Shown here in pieces: positions 40,201-48,410 of a stretch of DNA of 64,000 nucleotides; the first letter of the stretch is position 1, and the number at the start of each line of letters is the position of its first letter. Both the position numbers and the translations under genes were made by a program. Under the pieces are notes generated by a model, which saw only the letters and a program-made list of their open reading frames with translations, was not told where the DNA came from and did no database searches. Source of the stretch: a virus; IMG/VR virus record IMGVR_UViG_3300008629_000003, positions 8,694-72,693 of that record. One strand, 5' to 3'.

Positions 40201-41065
40201 CTCGGGCTTCTTGGTCGGCCTTGGCCTCTTGGTCGTCGAGCCAATTTTGGATCTCATTCTCTTGTTCGGCGGGCGCCATTTCCGACAAGCCGGGGATGTC
40301 GTTCTCGTCGGGGAGCCGAACTTGGAACGGCGCAACTTCTGGGCCGGCTTCCGCGTGCGCCTGCTCTGGGGTGAGACCTAAGTTGAGCAACTTTGCGCGA
40401 TCAAACGCCGCCGCCACTTTCTTTTTCTTTCTTTCGCGCTCTTTCCGAGCAATACCCCGGGCAATGTTGCGGCCGTACTGCTTCGCCTGTTTTTCGTCCA
40501 TACCCATCGCCTCACCATGAGCGACGGCCGTGTTTTGAACGATTTGCCTATCTTCTTGGGATAGCCCCCGCTTTTTGATGCCCACCGCCTCCATAAAGCG
40601 GTTTTCGGCATCTTTTCGGATCTTCCGCTCCTTCCGGCGCTTTTCTTTGAGCGCGGCCTTCTTGGGCGCGTTGCGCTTTTCGACTTCTTTTCGCTCGGCC
40701 AACGCGGCCTCGTCCACTTCGCTGGCCTTGACGCGACCGGTATTCATCACCATATGACGCCGGCCTTGGATGTGCTTGGCCCCACTTCCCCCCGTCAATG
40801 CAAACGAATGGTCGGGCCGTTTTGTGATCTTAATCGGCCGCCCATGCAGCGGGCTGGTCTCTTTTGTCACCGTGACCCAAATGGTGGCACCAATCGGGAC
40901 CGAATCATAATCGACCGATCCGTCTTTCATCGGTGTGCTGATCGTGGCTTTCGATAGAGATCGACTCAATCGGGACCGCGGCCGACTCTTTTTCAGTACC
41001 ACAACGCTCGGGGTCCACGGTCGCGTGTGACGCTCTAGCCAGGGCTGGCTCAGTGTGATGTTCAT
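37244..41065 (-). CDS. Large SNF2/SF2-like ATPase with variant motifs
   Basis: TGGGKT, DEPQ, TATP, HVIFVDS, SGHNL, QAHGRLGR. Confidence 0.8.
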   Translation of the reverse strand: MNITLSQPWLERHTRPWTPSVVVLKKSRPRSRLSRSLSKATISTPMKDGSVDYDSVPIGATIWVTVTKETSPLHGRPIKITKRPDHSFALTGGSGAKHIQGRRHMVMNTGRVKASEVDEAALAERKEVEKRNAPKKAALKEKRRKERKIRKDAENRFMEAVGIKKRGLSQEDRQIVQNTAVAHGEAMGMDEKQAKQYGRNIARGIARKERERKKKKVAAAFDRAKLLNLGLTPEQAHAEAGPEVAPFQVRLPDENDIPGLSEMAPAEQENEIQNWLDDQEAKADQEAREDSRFEENDVPDDGAPFVPAEAEVETTPTTTGGPDTVGSTEDEVESESDPDADPASWAKEHAPDGAPEDQEGDPGDTSSPPMITIGGEDGPIQDGAAEDDAGEDAEPEPETRPIMSHEAAEEAVERFRELVVARRDSKEIAATLEALPEAENASPTALEALKIEARSLTDEELENFAIDFREQAMSAGSDGAFYQAIMPHWNEHIGNKLNGAVTNGASTAIAGLIGDELAVRYDVKKLIDALGPEAASVAVVQRMRSEMSDRDFAQWVSKLGSDNVKGQRDTEKKALARHAELQNQADDLERQVEKGDLQSEITIEMLRARNLMEQRENLGGALGSMQVSASMYHFGEMALGEGWRKHHPVVIKVASKIALEDKLARLGRFKKKVRYNLQTGMHEIHTDSQALRKFVTRTEADRADNAKWDSVKRNTDGIAKDAEGREWVHDYKVHGFRDTFPDASMLPSDLKHMAGKKISLMADQRNNTEWLHGSGGGLLTMRTGGGKTLVSVGVAGKMLKDNPKGRHLRIVPDGRQAQWKAEIESFTNIPVVVLPAKSTKAERHAILAAAPEGSTVIVGHTHAGRYDHAALAEAHEWDSVGIDEPQELRSKSGSGKMSAGAKRIFKIPAKNRHALTATPATEHPVEAYDIVNWARPGVLGYRTRFERAFSGFGGGTNAQDAAIQRMMYDELKPHMSADRQVAPHYNIEHTDNPVKMSKPQLRAQKRIEARVGAHVQATIDQFYDKKRAGVRGYAETSFGALRKKATEKAMAQMEKEHRANLGGGDVSHNPKLSTLQKKIQGAKKDERHVIFVDSADQRRSVTAMLHGMGVDRANVRNITQSAKGATVKRDGKPVAAIEERKRAWKGTKGGYLLIDRTSASGHNLAEGDHLHVLGNPDDAAQMLQAHGRLGRSNRVGDFKIHTYRYGDSPFEHHHWNGLHRQLKVLKATAPGMFVEGAKKMAKGRRLVFVKAAPARPTREARPLRRVGTFWFRG

Positions 41066-41439
41066 AGTTTAAACGTCCCAGGGTACCGGGTGACGGGGGC
41101 AGCATAGGACCGAAAGACTCCGCGGTCGGGAACCTTGCCCTCTCGGAATTGTGCCACAAGTTGAGGCGCTAGAGCTCGGGCCGCTTTCATCGTTGGGCAA
41201 ATGATATGGTAGGGGAGCGCGTGGTTCGGTGTTTCAACCGACAAAACGCCGACACCCGCCGCGGACTTCACGAACCGAAACATCAACCCGTCAACGCGGA
41301 ACGAACGCCCACCCTGCGACGCTCCGGCCCCGCCCGTTGGAGACCAAACCGTCTCCACCGCTTTGGCGAGCTTGGCCAAGCCGATGCGGCGTCGAATGGT
41401 CAGCCTTACCGGAATCCCGTATCCATCAACTAGCTTCAT
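41062..41439 (-). CDS. Hypothetical protein
   Basis: 4-nt overlaps with both neighbours; LAKA motif. Confidence 0.6.
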   Translation of the reverse strand: MKLVDGYGIPVRLTIRRRIGLAKLAKAVETVWSPTGGAGASQGGRSFRVDGLMFRFVKSAAGVGVLSVETPNHALPYHIICPTMKAARALAPQLVAQFREGKVPDRGVFRSYAAPVTRYPGTFKL

Positions 41440-44400
41440 TTTTTGCCTCGTTTAAACGGGTTGTGCTTTTTGAGCTTTTCCAGGTATTTGGCGAACGCGC
41501 TCTCCTCTTTGGACAATACCCCGCGCGCCTTTTCCATAGTCTTGCTCCCTGATATCGTGAGACCTTGCCGGTAAGCTTCCACCACGGTGGGGTCGATGTA
41601 ATTGTCGAGCGCGGTCTTTACTATGTGGCCCCATTCCGTCTTAACTTTCGGGCCATCTTTGGCCGCTACGACCTTGTGGTCGGTGTCTCCCAGAGCCTTC
41701 TGGTACGCCTTGCGCTCCTTTGCCGAGTGAAACCCCACGTGGCCGCCCGCGTAGACCTTGCCCCCGTGCTTCTTTGCCATTGCTCGATCTGGCTCTGCGT
41801 GCTTGACGAAGTGCTTCCGCGTTTTCCCTTTTTTGTGCCCTAGCGCTTTCGCTGCTGCCATTGCGGCCTTCTCGATCTTGACCTCTGCGTCTTTGGCGCT
41901 TGTTGGCGGTCCAAGCTTGTCGGCTGCTTGCGCGAACAAATTCGACGCATGGAACGTCCGAAAGTCTTTGACTGTGCCGCCGTTGGTGTGAGCTCGGACA
42001 TAATTTCGAAGAACCGCCGCGCTAACCGGCGCGGATGTGCCGTTCGCCCGAACATATTGGAACAGGTTTTTAGACGCGCCTGGCTGCTTTAGAAGGTGCG
42101 CCACGATCCGCGCCACCTTTGGGTCTTTCATCGTTTTAACCTGCGGCACGCCTGCCTTGCCGGCGTATCGCATGGTCACCGTGTCACCATTGACCCGCAC
42201 ATGCGAGGATTTTAGGGTCGTCACCCCATACGATCCCTTGGCGGCGCTCGACGTGTTTCCCGCGCGAATTAGGGTCGCATCAACCAGCGCCACCATCGCC
42301 GCCGAAACGGCATCTCTCGACGTTGGCGCTAGGTCTAGGTGGTCCTGTATGATGCCCCTCGCGTGCCCGAGACCCGTGGTGAAACGGGCCATTTTACGGA
42401 ACTTTTCCTCCGCATTTTTTACTAGGTACGCATTCCGATAGCTGTTGACCTTTTTCCCCTGGGCGTTGCGCCAACTCATAGAGCTGTTCTCTTCCGGCTT
42501 AGAGATCGTGACCTTTGTTCCGAGGGGTGGATACTTGCTGTGCTCTGGAAATCGCTTTTGCAGATCGGCAAGGTACTTCTTGTCGGCGCTCTTTTTCTTC
42601 GCGGCGCGACGCTCGGCCGGCGTCGCCTCTTTTTCACCGGTGGCGGCTTTTCGCGCCGCGACGGCCGGGTGGCTGTCTTGGTGCTTCGCGTAGTGCCCAT
42701 GGTCGACCTGCTCTTGCTGGCCGGTTTTTTTGTCGATGACCGTGACGCCCTTTTCGCCGGAGCTCATGGTCACGCCGCGGCGCACCTTACCAGATTTGGA
42801 GCGGTACTTTACGACTTCGCCCTTTGGTTTTCTCGGCTCTTTTTTTTTTTCAGTCTTGGGCGGGCGCGCTTGTGCTTGTGGGTCTTGCCCCGTCTTTTGC
42901 CACCGACGGACGCCCGGGTTTTTCTTTGATGCGACAAGCTGTTGGCCCTGGTGCTTACCTGCGCCGGCCTGGGCCGGGTCCACCTTGGGCTGACCGTTGC
43001 CGACGGCCTTTCTCATTACAAGCCGGAGCCCAAACCGGATCCGCGCTTTGTTGAGCTCTTCCCAAGCATCGTGTTTAGCCCACGCGCGAGACTCCGCGGC
43101 CGTTTGCCTTTTTTCGCCGCGCCTGTAATCTGCCTCCTTCACTTCTTGGCGCATCTTTTTGTAATGTTTGGTTTCCAGTGCTTTGAGGCGCTTCTTTTCA
43201 GCGGGACTCAACACGCGCTCGGTTTTCACGCGGGTGATGACGGTTTGCTTGTCGCCTCGCCATTCGTCGTGTTTCTTGATCGTGCCGTGCAGCTTGTACG
43301 AATGGCCGACTTTGAACGGCGCTCGGCCTTTGGGTGCGTTTTCATATGGCTGGGCGGACGGAGCGTGATCGTAGGTGGGCGAGCTTGAGAAGTATTTTAA
43401 CGTTTGCCCGCTTTTCGTCTTGAAGGTCAACAGGGTGGTCGTGCCATATTGCCCGTGGATGTCGCGCGTTGACACCAGCGTCGCCTGTTGTGCCGGTGTG
43501 GGCGGCTTGACCCCTTTCTTGCGCTGTGCCTGGGTCATTGCCAACTCCCCAAACTTTTCGCCGGGCTTCCCTATGTGCTTTTGCGGTGGCGGGGCCTTCT
43601 TTGCGGGCGCGGCTTTTTCTGTTGCCTTCTTTTCGGCCTCTCTCTTTAGGTGGTTGTCGTACGCGTTAACCGCTGACACCGCCACGCCCATGTGGTTCTC
43701 GGGCACGCCCGTGTTGCCTGCTCCATGGTTTTCGCCCAAGGCGCGTAATTTTTGATAGTACCCAGAACGGCTATATGCCGGGATCTTTTTCATCCACGCG
43801 ATCACCTTTTTGGCTTTCTCGGCGGCTTTCTTGTCTGTTCGGGCCGATGACCATACTCCGACGCTCTGCTGGCTTTTCAGGAAACTACTTGTGCTCTTGA
43901 CTTCCGATCCCGGCCGGGAATTCGCATCCGCGCGGGCGGCCGACATATACCCATCGTGCGGGTTTCCTGGGTGGTCCAACCAGTGAGCCGTCGCCTGTAT
44001 GATTGCAGGAAGGGCAACCTCTAGTTTCCCGCGCGGCTCCTTCGCGTAACTGTCAAACTCTTTTGTGTCCCAACTGGATAACCACTCCGCAGCCGTCGCG
44101 GCGGTTTTGGGGTCTTGACCGAAAAAATCACCTAGACACGTTCGGCCGACTTGGACGTGCTTGTTGTGGTCATCCTTTAGGACGTGCAGCTTGGACCGTT
44201 GGCGGTTTTTTCCGCAAAAATCACAATGTGAGCCCGACTTGTGAAATTGGTGCGGCACTTTTTGGCCGCGGTGGTGGTTGACCATGTTTCGCTTCGCGCC
44301 GGGCTCAAAGCTTCCCACGTAAGCCCAGCCGTGGGACTTCATTTCCGGCCCGGTGATTTTGACCGCCACGACCGGCACCTTTTGTCGCACCTGTTTCGTG

Positions 44401-45257
44401 TCGCGTTCGCCCATCATGGAGTAGCTACCCTCCACGGGTTCCCCGGGATGCTCCCACGGCACCGTCCGCAACATCGTGGCCATTTTCTTGCCCAAGATTT
44501 CCATATGCGGCGGCTGTAGTCCTAGCTTGATCGCTCGCTTTTGCATTCGAGCAAATTTCTTTTTAACCGTCGCTAAGTTTTCTTGTGGAATAGCGTGCAG
44601 GCTAGAGCGCGGCCCTTCATTAGCCGCCTGGATCGCCTTCTCTTTGGCGTCTTTTAACTTCCCGTGGCCAACGCTGACCCACTCCACATGATCGTCGTCG
44701 AAGACGTGGCCGACCTTCCACTTCTTCCCGGCCTTCTCAATGACCGTCGTGTTGTCGCCGACGGTGACTAGGTAGCCCCCTTTGCCGTCGCGCTTCGTTT
44801 TCGACTTGATCGGCGCCGGCTCCTCTACATCACCCTCAGTGTACCGCTGCCTAGCCTGGGCACGCTGGGCCTTAATCTTGGCCCAGACGTCGTCTTCCTT
44901 TTTCTCGGGCGCTGTCTTTTTGGCCGGTGCCTTTTTCTTCGCCGCGGCTTTCTTCTTCGCCGCGGCTTTCTTCTTTACCGGTGCTTTCTTCTTCGCCGGC
45001 GTGGCGGCTTTGGGCTCGTCGTCGAAAATCTCGGGAAACAGAATCCGAAAAGGATCCATCTCTTCCGGCTTCTCGGCCGGCTTCTCGGCCGGCTTCTTCT
45101 TGGGCTTCTTCTTGGCGGCTGGCTTGACCTTGTCTGGATACTCGTAGCGCCATTTTCCGCTCGGGAGCTTTTTCTTCCACCCGCCTTTGTTGCCGCGGGT
45201 GACGCGTTGCCAGCCAACGCCCGGGGGCTTTGCCGATTTCAGGAGAATGATCTTCAT
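41436..45257 (-). CDS. Polyvalent protein: Lys/Ala-rich region, Zn-finger/OB module, DNA topoisomerase IB
   Basis: Start MKIILLKS by ATGA overlap; LIRAGN, YGVTTL, YAGKAG, KDFRT, ALGH, NYIDP (R-K-R-H-Y pentad). Confidence 0.85.
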   Translation of the reverse strand: MKIILLKSAKPPGVGWQRVTRGNKGGWKKKLPSGKWRYEYPDKVKPAAKKKPKKKPAEKPAEKPEEMDPFRILFPEIFDDEPKAATPAKKKAPVKKKAAAKKKAAAKKKAPAKKTAPEKKEDDVWAKIKAQRAQARQRYTEGDVEEPAPIKSKTKRDGKGGYLVTVGDNTTVIEKAGKKWKVGHVFDDDHVEWVSVGHGKLKDAKEKAIQAANEGPRSSLHAIPQENLATVKKKFARMQKRAIKLGLQPPHMEILGKKMATMLRTVPWEHPGEPVEGSYSMMGERDTKQVRQKVPVVAVKITGPEMKSHGWAYVGSFEPGAKRNMVNHHRGQKVPHQFHKSGSHCDFCGKNRQRSKLHVLKDDHNKHVQVGRTCLGDFFGQDPKTAATAAEWLSSWDTKEFDSYAKEPRGKLEVALPAIIQATAHWLDHPGNPHDGYMSAARADANSRPGSEVKSTSSFLKSQQSVGVWSSARTDKKAAEKAKKVIAWMKKIPAYSRSGYYQKLRALGENHGAGNTGVPENHMGVAVSAVNAYDNHLKREAEKKATEKAAPAKKAPPPQKHIGKPGEKFGELAMTQAQRKKGVKPPTPAQQATLVSTRDIHGQYGTTTLLTFKTKSGQTLKYFSSSPTYDHAPSAQPYENAPKGRAPFKVGHSYKLHGTIKKHDEWRGDKQTVITRVKTERVLSPAEKKRLKALETKHYKKMRQEVKEADYRRGEKRQTAAESRAWAKHDAWEELNKARIRFGLRLVMRKAVGNGQPKVDPAQAGAGKHQGQQLVASKKNPGVRRWQKTGQDPQAQARPPKTEKKKEPRKPKGEVVKYRSKSGKVRRGVTMSSGEKGVTVIDKKTGQQEQVDHGHYAKHQDSHPAVAARKAATGEKEATPAERRAAKKKSADKKYLADLQKRFPEHSKYPPLGTKVTISKPEENSSMSWRNAQGKKVNSYRNAYLVKNAEEKFRKMARFTTGLGHARGIIQDHLDLAPTSRDAVSAAMVALVDATLIRAGNTSSAAKGSYGVTTLKSSHVRVNGDTVTMRYAGKAGVPQVKTMKDPKVARIVAHLLKQPGASKNLFQYVRANGTSAPVSAAVLRNYVRAHTNGGTVKDFRTFHASNLFAQAADKLGPPTSAKDAEVKIEKAAMAAAKALGHKKGKTRKHFVKHAEPDRAMAKKHGGKVYAGGHVGFHSAKERKAYQKALGDTDHKVVAAKDGPKVKTEWGHIVKTALDNYIDPTVVEAYRQGLTISGSKTMEKARGVLSKEESAFAKYLEKLKKHNPFKRGKK

Positions 45258-48200
45258 GCTTCGTCCCCAATGTGGACATAGTGTCCATGTTCGACCCGGT
45301 GGAGCTCTCCGGTCTTGTGGTCCATAACCGACACGCCGTCCAATCCTGACGCGTGCAGGTCGCCCGTACAGGGCTCTCCGGTCTTGGGGTGGCGGTACCT
45401 CACCCCCTTGCCCTTGGAACCCCCTGGGGTGCCGCGGTGCGCCTTGCGCAGCATGACACGGGCTTTCTGTAGACTGCTTGGGCCAAGCTTTTTGTTTTTC
45501 GCCAGGTATTTCAACACCGCGGCGCGATCGCTCCACTTGGCTTTGGGCAGGTGAATCTGAAAGAAACTTGCCCCCGAGTCTTTGTCCACCGCCGAAACAA
45601 ACCACTTGTCGGGCTTGTCCACAACGTACGCGTGGATCTCTCCGTCGGCAAACGTCCCCAACAACTCCATGCCGGCCACATTTGGCACGTTGGGCGCTGG
45701 CGGGTGGGCGGACATAGGCCCGTGGTACTGCGGCGTTACTTTTGGCTTGGCGTGCCCGCTCGTTTCCTTCCACGGCCTCGTATGCTCCGCGTCGGCCCAT
45801 TTACCCCCGCGGGGTCCGAGGAAGGGTCCAGCGCTGGCCTTACGCAGCATGACACGGGCTTTCCGTAAACCGTGCTCATACTCGTAATCTTCGCGGGCAT
45901 CTTTTGCGTCTCGGTATGCGTTGACGTTCGCTAGTAGCGATTTCCTGCTAAACGCGACGACCTCAGACGCTTTTGAGGTAGCAGCGCCCGGGTTCTTTAC
46001 GATGATCCCGTCGTGCCCCTGACTTATCAGCTTGCGAACGTCGGCGTGCGTTAGGTCTTTTGGGCTGATTTCTCCCTTGTTTTCTACTACCTTGGGGTTG
46101 CTTAGGGCTACGTGGGTTTTGTGTAGGTTGGGTCCGTATCGGTTGGCATATTTCCGGCGTGGAGACAGGTAAATGCCGGCCTCGGACCCAGCGTCCGCTC
46201 CGTGAATAGTTCGACCGTGGTTCGCCTGATAGACCGTCAACGGCCCGCCGTCTTGACCCGTTAAAGGGATCGGCGGTCCATGTTGTTTATAGACGCTCGA
46301 CAAGTCGTGATCGGCGGCGGGGTGTGACGCAGCGGCGGTGGATTCCTTCCACGGCCTTGTGTGCTCCGCGTCGGCCCACTTACCACCGCGGGGTCCGAGG
46401 AAGGGTCCAGCGCTGGCCTTACGCAGCACAAACCGAGCGCGGCGCCCCTTGGTCCGCATTCGCTTGTCGAGCTCTGCGTCTAGAGCGGTCTGGAGTAGGC
46501 TGTGCGCTTTTCTCATGTTGCCACCGCCCACGGCCTTGACCCTCACTTCGTACGTCCCGTCTTTTCGCCGCTTGACCTTTTCCACCTGAATTTTTCCGCC
46601 GACCACCACCTCATGCTCGGCGTGGAACGTGGACAGCCCGCTAATGTCCGTCCCTCGTTTTGTCTTCATGGTCAGGATAACCGGGTGACGTTTTGTCGGT
46701 TTGGTGTGGCCCTCGTCCTTTTGCTCGGTTGCTGCGAAGGTTTCGGCGGCGGATCTCTGCTTAGACCAACTCGACATCTCGCGCAAGTCTATCTCTGCCC
46801 CTTTGGCTAGGCCCTTTATTGCCCCGGGTGGTAAGCGCACGCCGCGGTGGAGCTCTACGGCGTAATCACCCTCCACCTTGGCCAGCGTCTTGAGCACTTT
46901 GTAAGCTTGCTGGTGTAATTGCTTCGTGCTTTCGGCTTTCCATTGAAGGGTCTGGACTGGCTTTGCAAGCTTTTTTTGCCATTGCTTCGGGTCGCGCACG
47001 GACTTCACATTGCCGGCCGTCCATAGCGTTAGCGCATCGAGCAAGGCCGCGTGCGTAGCAGGCAACGCGGCGCGGTGCCATTGAAATTTGAGCGCCTCTT
47101 CGCCGCCGTGGTACCTCGCGAGGCTAAACAGCTTCCACACGGTGTCGGGGTCTTTTCCTGACTTGCGCGCGGCCTCTTTGACCGATTTTCTTCCTGCGGC
47201 AACACAGTCGTCAAATGTCGCGCCCCCGGCGTTCTGCGCTCTCTTAAACGCCATCCGATAATGGAGACTCAACCCATGAAAATCATATCCAACATGCTTG
47301 AGGGCTTGTTTTGCTTCCTCGTTGGGAACGTGCGACATATTCGAAACAGGGTGATATTTCTTTTCCTCTTCAAGCTCGAAATAGGCTGCCTCTAGTCCTT
47401 TGGTGGTCCAGTTTACGGCGCCCCCCGGGGGCATGGTTCGCACCCGAATCTCTTGGTCTGGATACCAGACCTGCGTGTGCGTGCTCCACTTGCCCTGGAA
47501 GACTCGACTATAGCCAAGCCCATCACCTAACGGCTTCCATTCGCTTGCGGCTCCCGTGCGTTGGGCTTCATCGGCCGGGGGTCGGGCAAGGTCGGCGGCT
47601 TCTTTTAGGTCCGACGCGCGGACTTTTTCGTGGTGAGCTTTATACTTTTCGAGGAATTCGGCCTCTGTCAGCTTGAGCTTTTCCCGGTATGGCTTGAGAA
47701 ATCCATGGTCCTGCGCGTCTTTGTAGTGTCGCCACAACCCGACGGACATACTGTCCAGACCATTCCCTTCGTAATCGTGGTAGGCGTCTTGTATCCATTC
47801 GTTTAGCGCTGCCTCGTGGGCGGCTGGGCCGGCTTCTAGCGCGGCCTGGCGCTTTGCTTCCGTCTGCTTGTCGCGCGCAGTCTTCCACGCGCCACGCATC
47901 GCCTTTAGGATGTCACTCCGCGCCACCCCCTTGATCTCCTTTCCGATGACAGGCAAAAGATCGGCAATCTTGCCACCCCGCAGGAGCAACATTTGCGTTT
48001 TGCCCTCGTTCAAATCTGGCACCAACTTTTCCATTTCGGGCCATTTCTTTACTAAGAACATCTCAAGGCGTCGGCGGGCCTCTACGTCTTCTTTGTGGTG
48101 GTGGTGGTGGCTTTTGTAATAGGCGAGCGCATGTTTCCAAGCCCCCGCGGCGTCGTCCCCCCATTCTTCGGGGAGGCTTGGCTTCATGTCGTCGAAACGC

Positions 48201-48403
48201 ATGTGAAAGTCTTTGCGGTTGCTATCTTCCGACCAGAACTGTCTATATTTCCATTTCTGCGCCCATTTTCTAGCCGCTTTGGGCGCCGGCTTAAACGACT
48301 TGTCGCCGACGCGGGTGTGTTCCTTCACTCTCACCACCTTGCCGCTCGGCAGGGTGCGAAAGTGAGACTTTACTTGGTGGGCTTTACCAAGAACAATCCG
48401 CAT
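45254..48403 (-). CDS. Polyvalent protein with two ADP-ribosyltransferase domains
   Basis: LHRG..SSWS..EHE (R-S-E clade); PLTVY..GIYLS..A..Y..NP..GHDGIIV..EVVAF (ART-PolyVal-like). Confidence 0.8.
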   Translation of the reverse strand: MRIVLGKAHQVKSHFRTLPSGKVVRVKEHTRVGDKSFKPAPKAARKWAQKWKYRQFWSEDSNRKDFHMRFDDMKPSLPEEWGDDAAGAWKHALAYYKSHHHHHKEDVEARRRLEMFLVKKWPEMEKLVPDLNEGKTQMLLLRGGKIADLLPVIGKEIKGVARSDILKAMRGAWKTARDKQTEAKRQAALEAGPAAHEAALNEWIQDAYHDYEGNGLDSMSVGLWRHYKDAQDHGFLKPYREKLKLTEAEFLEKYKAHHEKVRASDLKEAADLARPPADEAQRTGAASEWKPLGDGLGYSRVFQGKWSTHTQVWYPDQEIRVRTMPPGGAVNWTTKGLEAAYFELEEEKKYHPVSNMSHVPNEEAKQALKHVGYDFHGLSLHYRMAFKRAQNAGGATFDDCVAAGRKSVKEAARKSGKDPDTVWKLFSLARYHGGEEALKFQWHRAALPATHAALLDALTLWTAGNVKSVRDPKQWQKKLAKPVQTLQWKAESTKQLHQQAYKVLKTLAKVEGDYAVELHRGVRLPPGAIKGLAKGAEIDLREMSSWSKQRSAAETFAATEQKDEGHTKPTKRHPVILTMKTKRGTDISGLSTFHAEHEVVVGGKIQVEKVKRRKDGTYEVRVKAVGGGNMRKAHSLLQTALDAELDKRMRTKGRRARFVLRKASAGPFLGPRGGKWADAEHTRPWKESTAAASHPAADHDLSSVYKQHGPPIPLTGQDGGPLTVYQANHGRTIHGADAGSEAGIYLSPRRKYANRYGPNLHKTHVALSNPKVVENKGEISPKDLTHADVRKLISQGHDGIIVKNPGAATSKASEVVAFSRKSLLANVNAYRDAKDAREDYEYEHGLRKARVMLRKASAGPFLGPRGGKWADAEHTRPWKETSGHAKPKVTPQYHGPMSAHPPAPNVPNVAGMELLGTFADGEIHAYVVDKPDKWFVSAVDKDSGASFFQIHLPKAKWSDRAAVLKYLAKNKKLGPSSLQKARVMLRKAHRGTPGGSKGKGVRYRHPKTGEPCTGDLHASGLDGVSVMDHKTGELHRVEHGHYVHIGDEA
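45764..46428. repeat. 86-bp direct repeat (45764-45849 and 46343-46428) flanking one ART module
   Basis: 82 of 86 nt identical, all differences synonymous; encodes LRKASAGPFLGPRGGKWADAEHTRPWKE. Confidence 0.9.
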
Positions 48404-48410
48404 CGATCAC

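Noticed and set aside
30605-41065. DarB orthologues
   Set aside because: No DNA methyltransferase motifs found; only the SF2 ATPase type and head-operon context are shared
45258-45800. N-terminal extension of the 1454-aa ORF
   Set aside because: It overlaps the real upstream gene in another frame; the ATGA-coupled start at 45257 is more plausible
45764-46428. Repeat pair as a DGR template/variable region
   Set aside because: Differences are synonymous and not adenine-specific; no reverse transcriptase is seen
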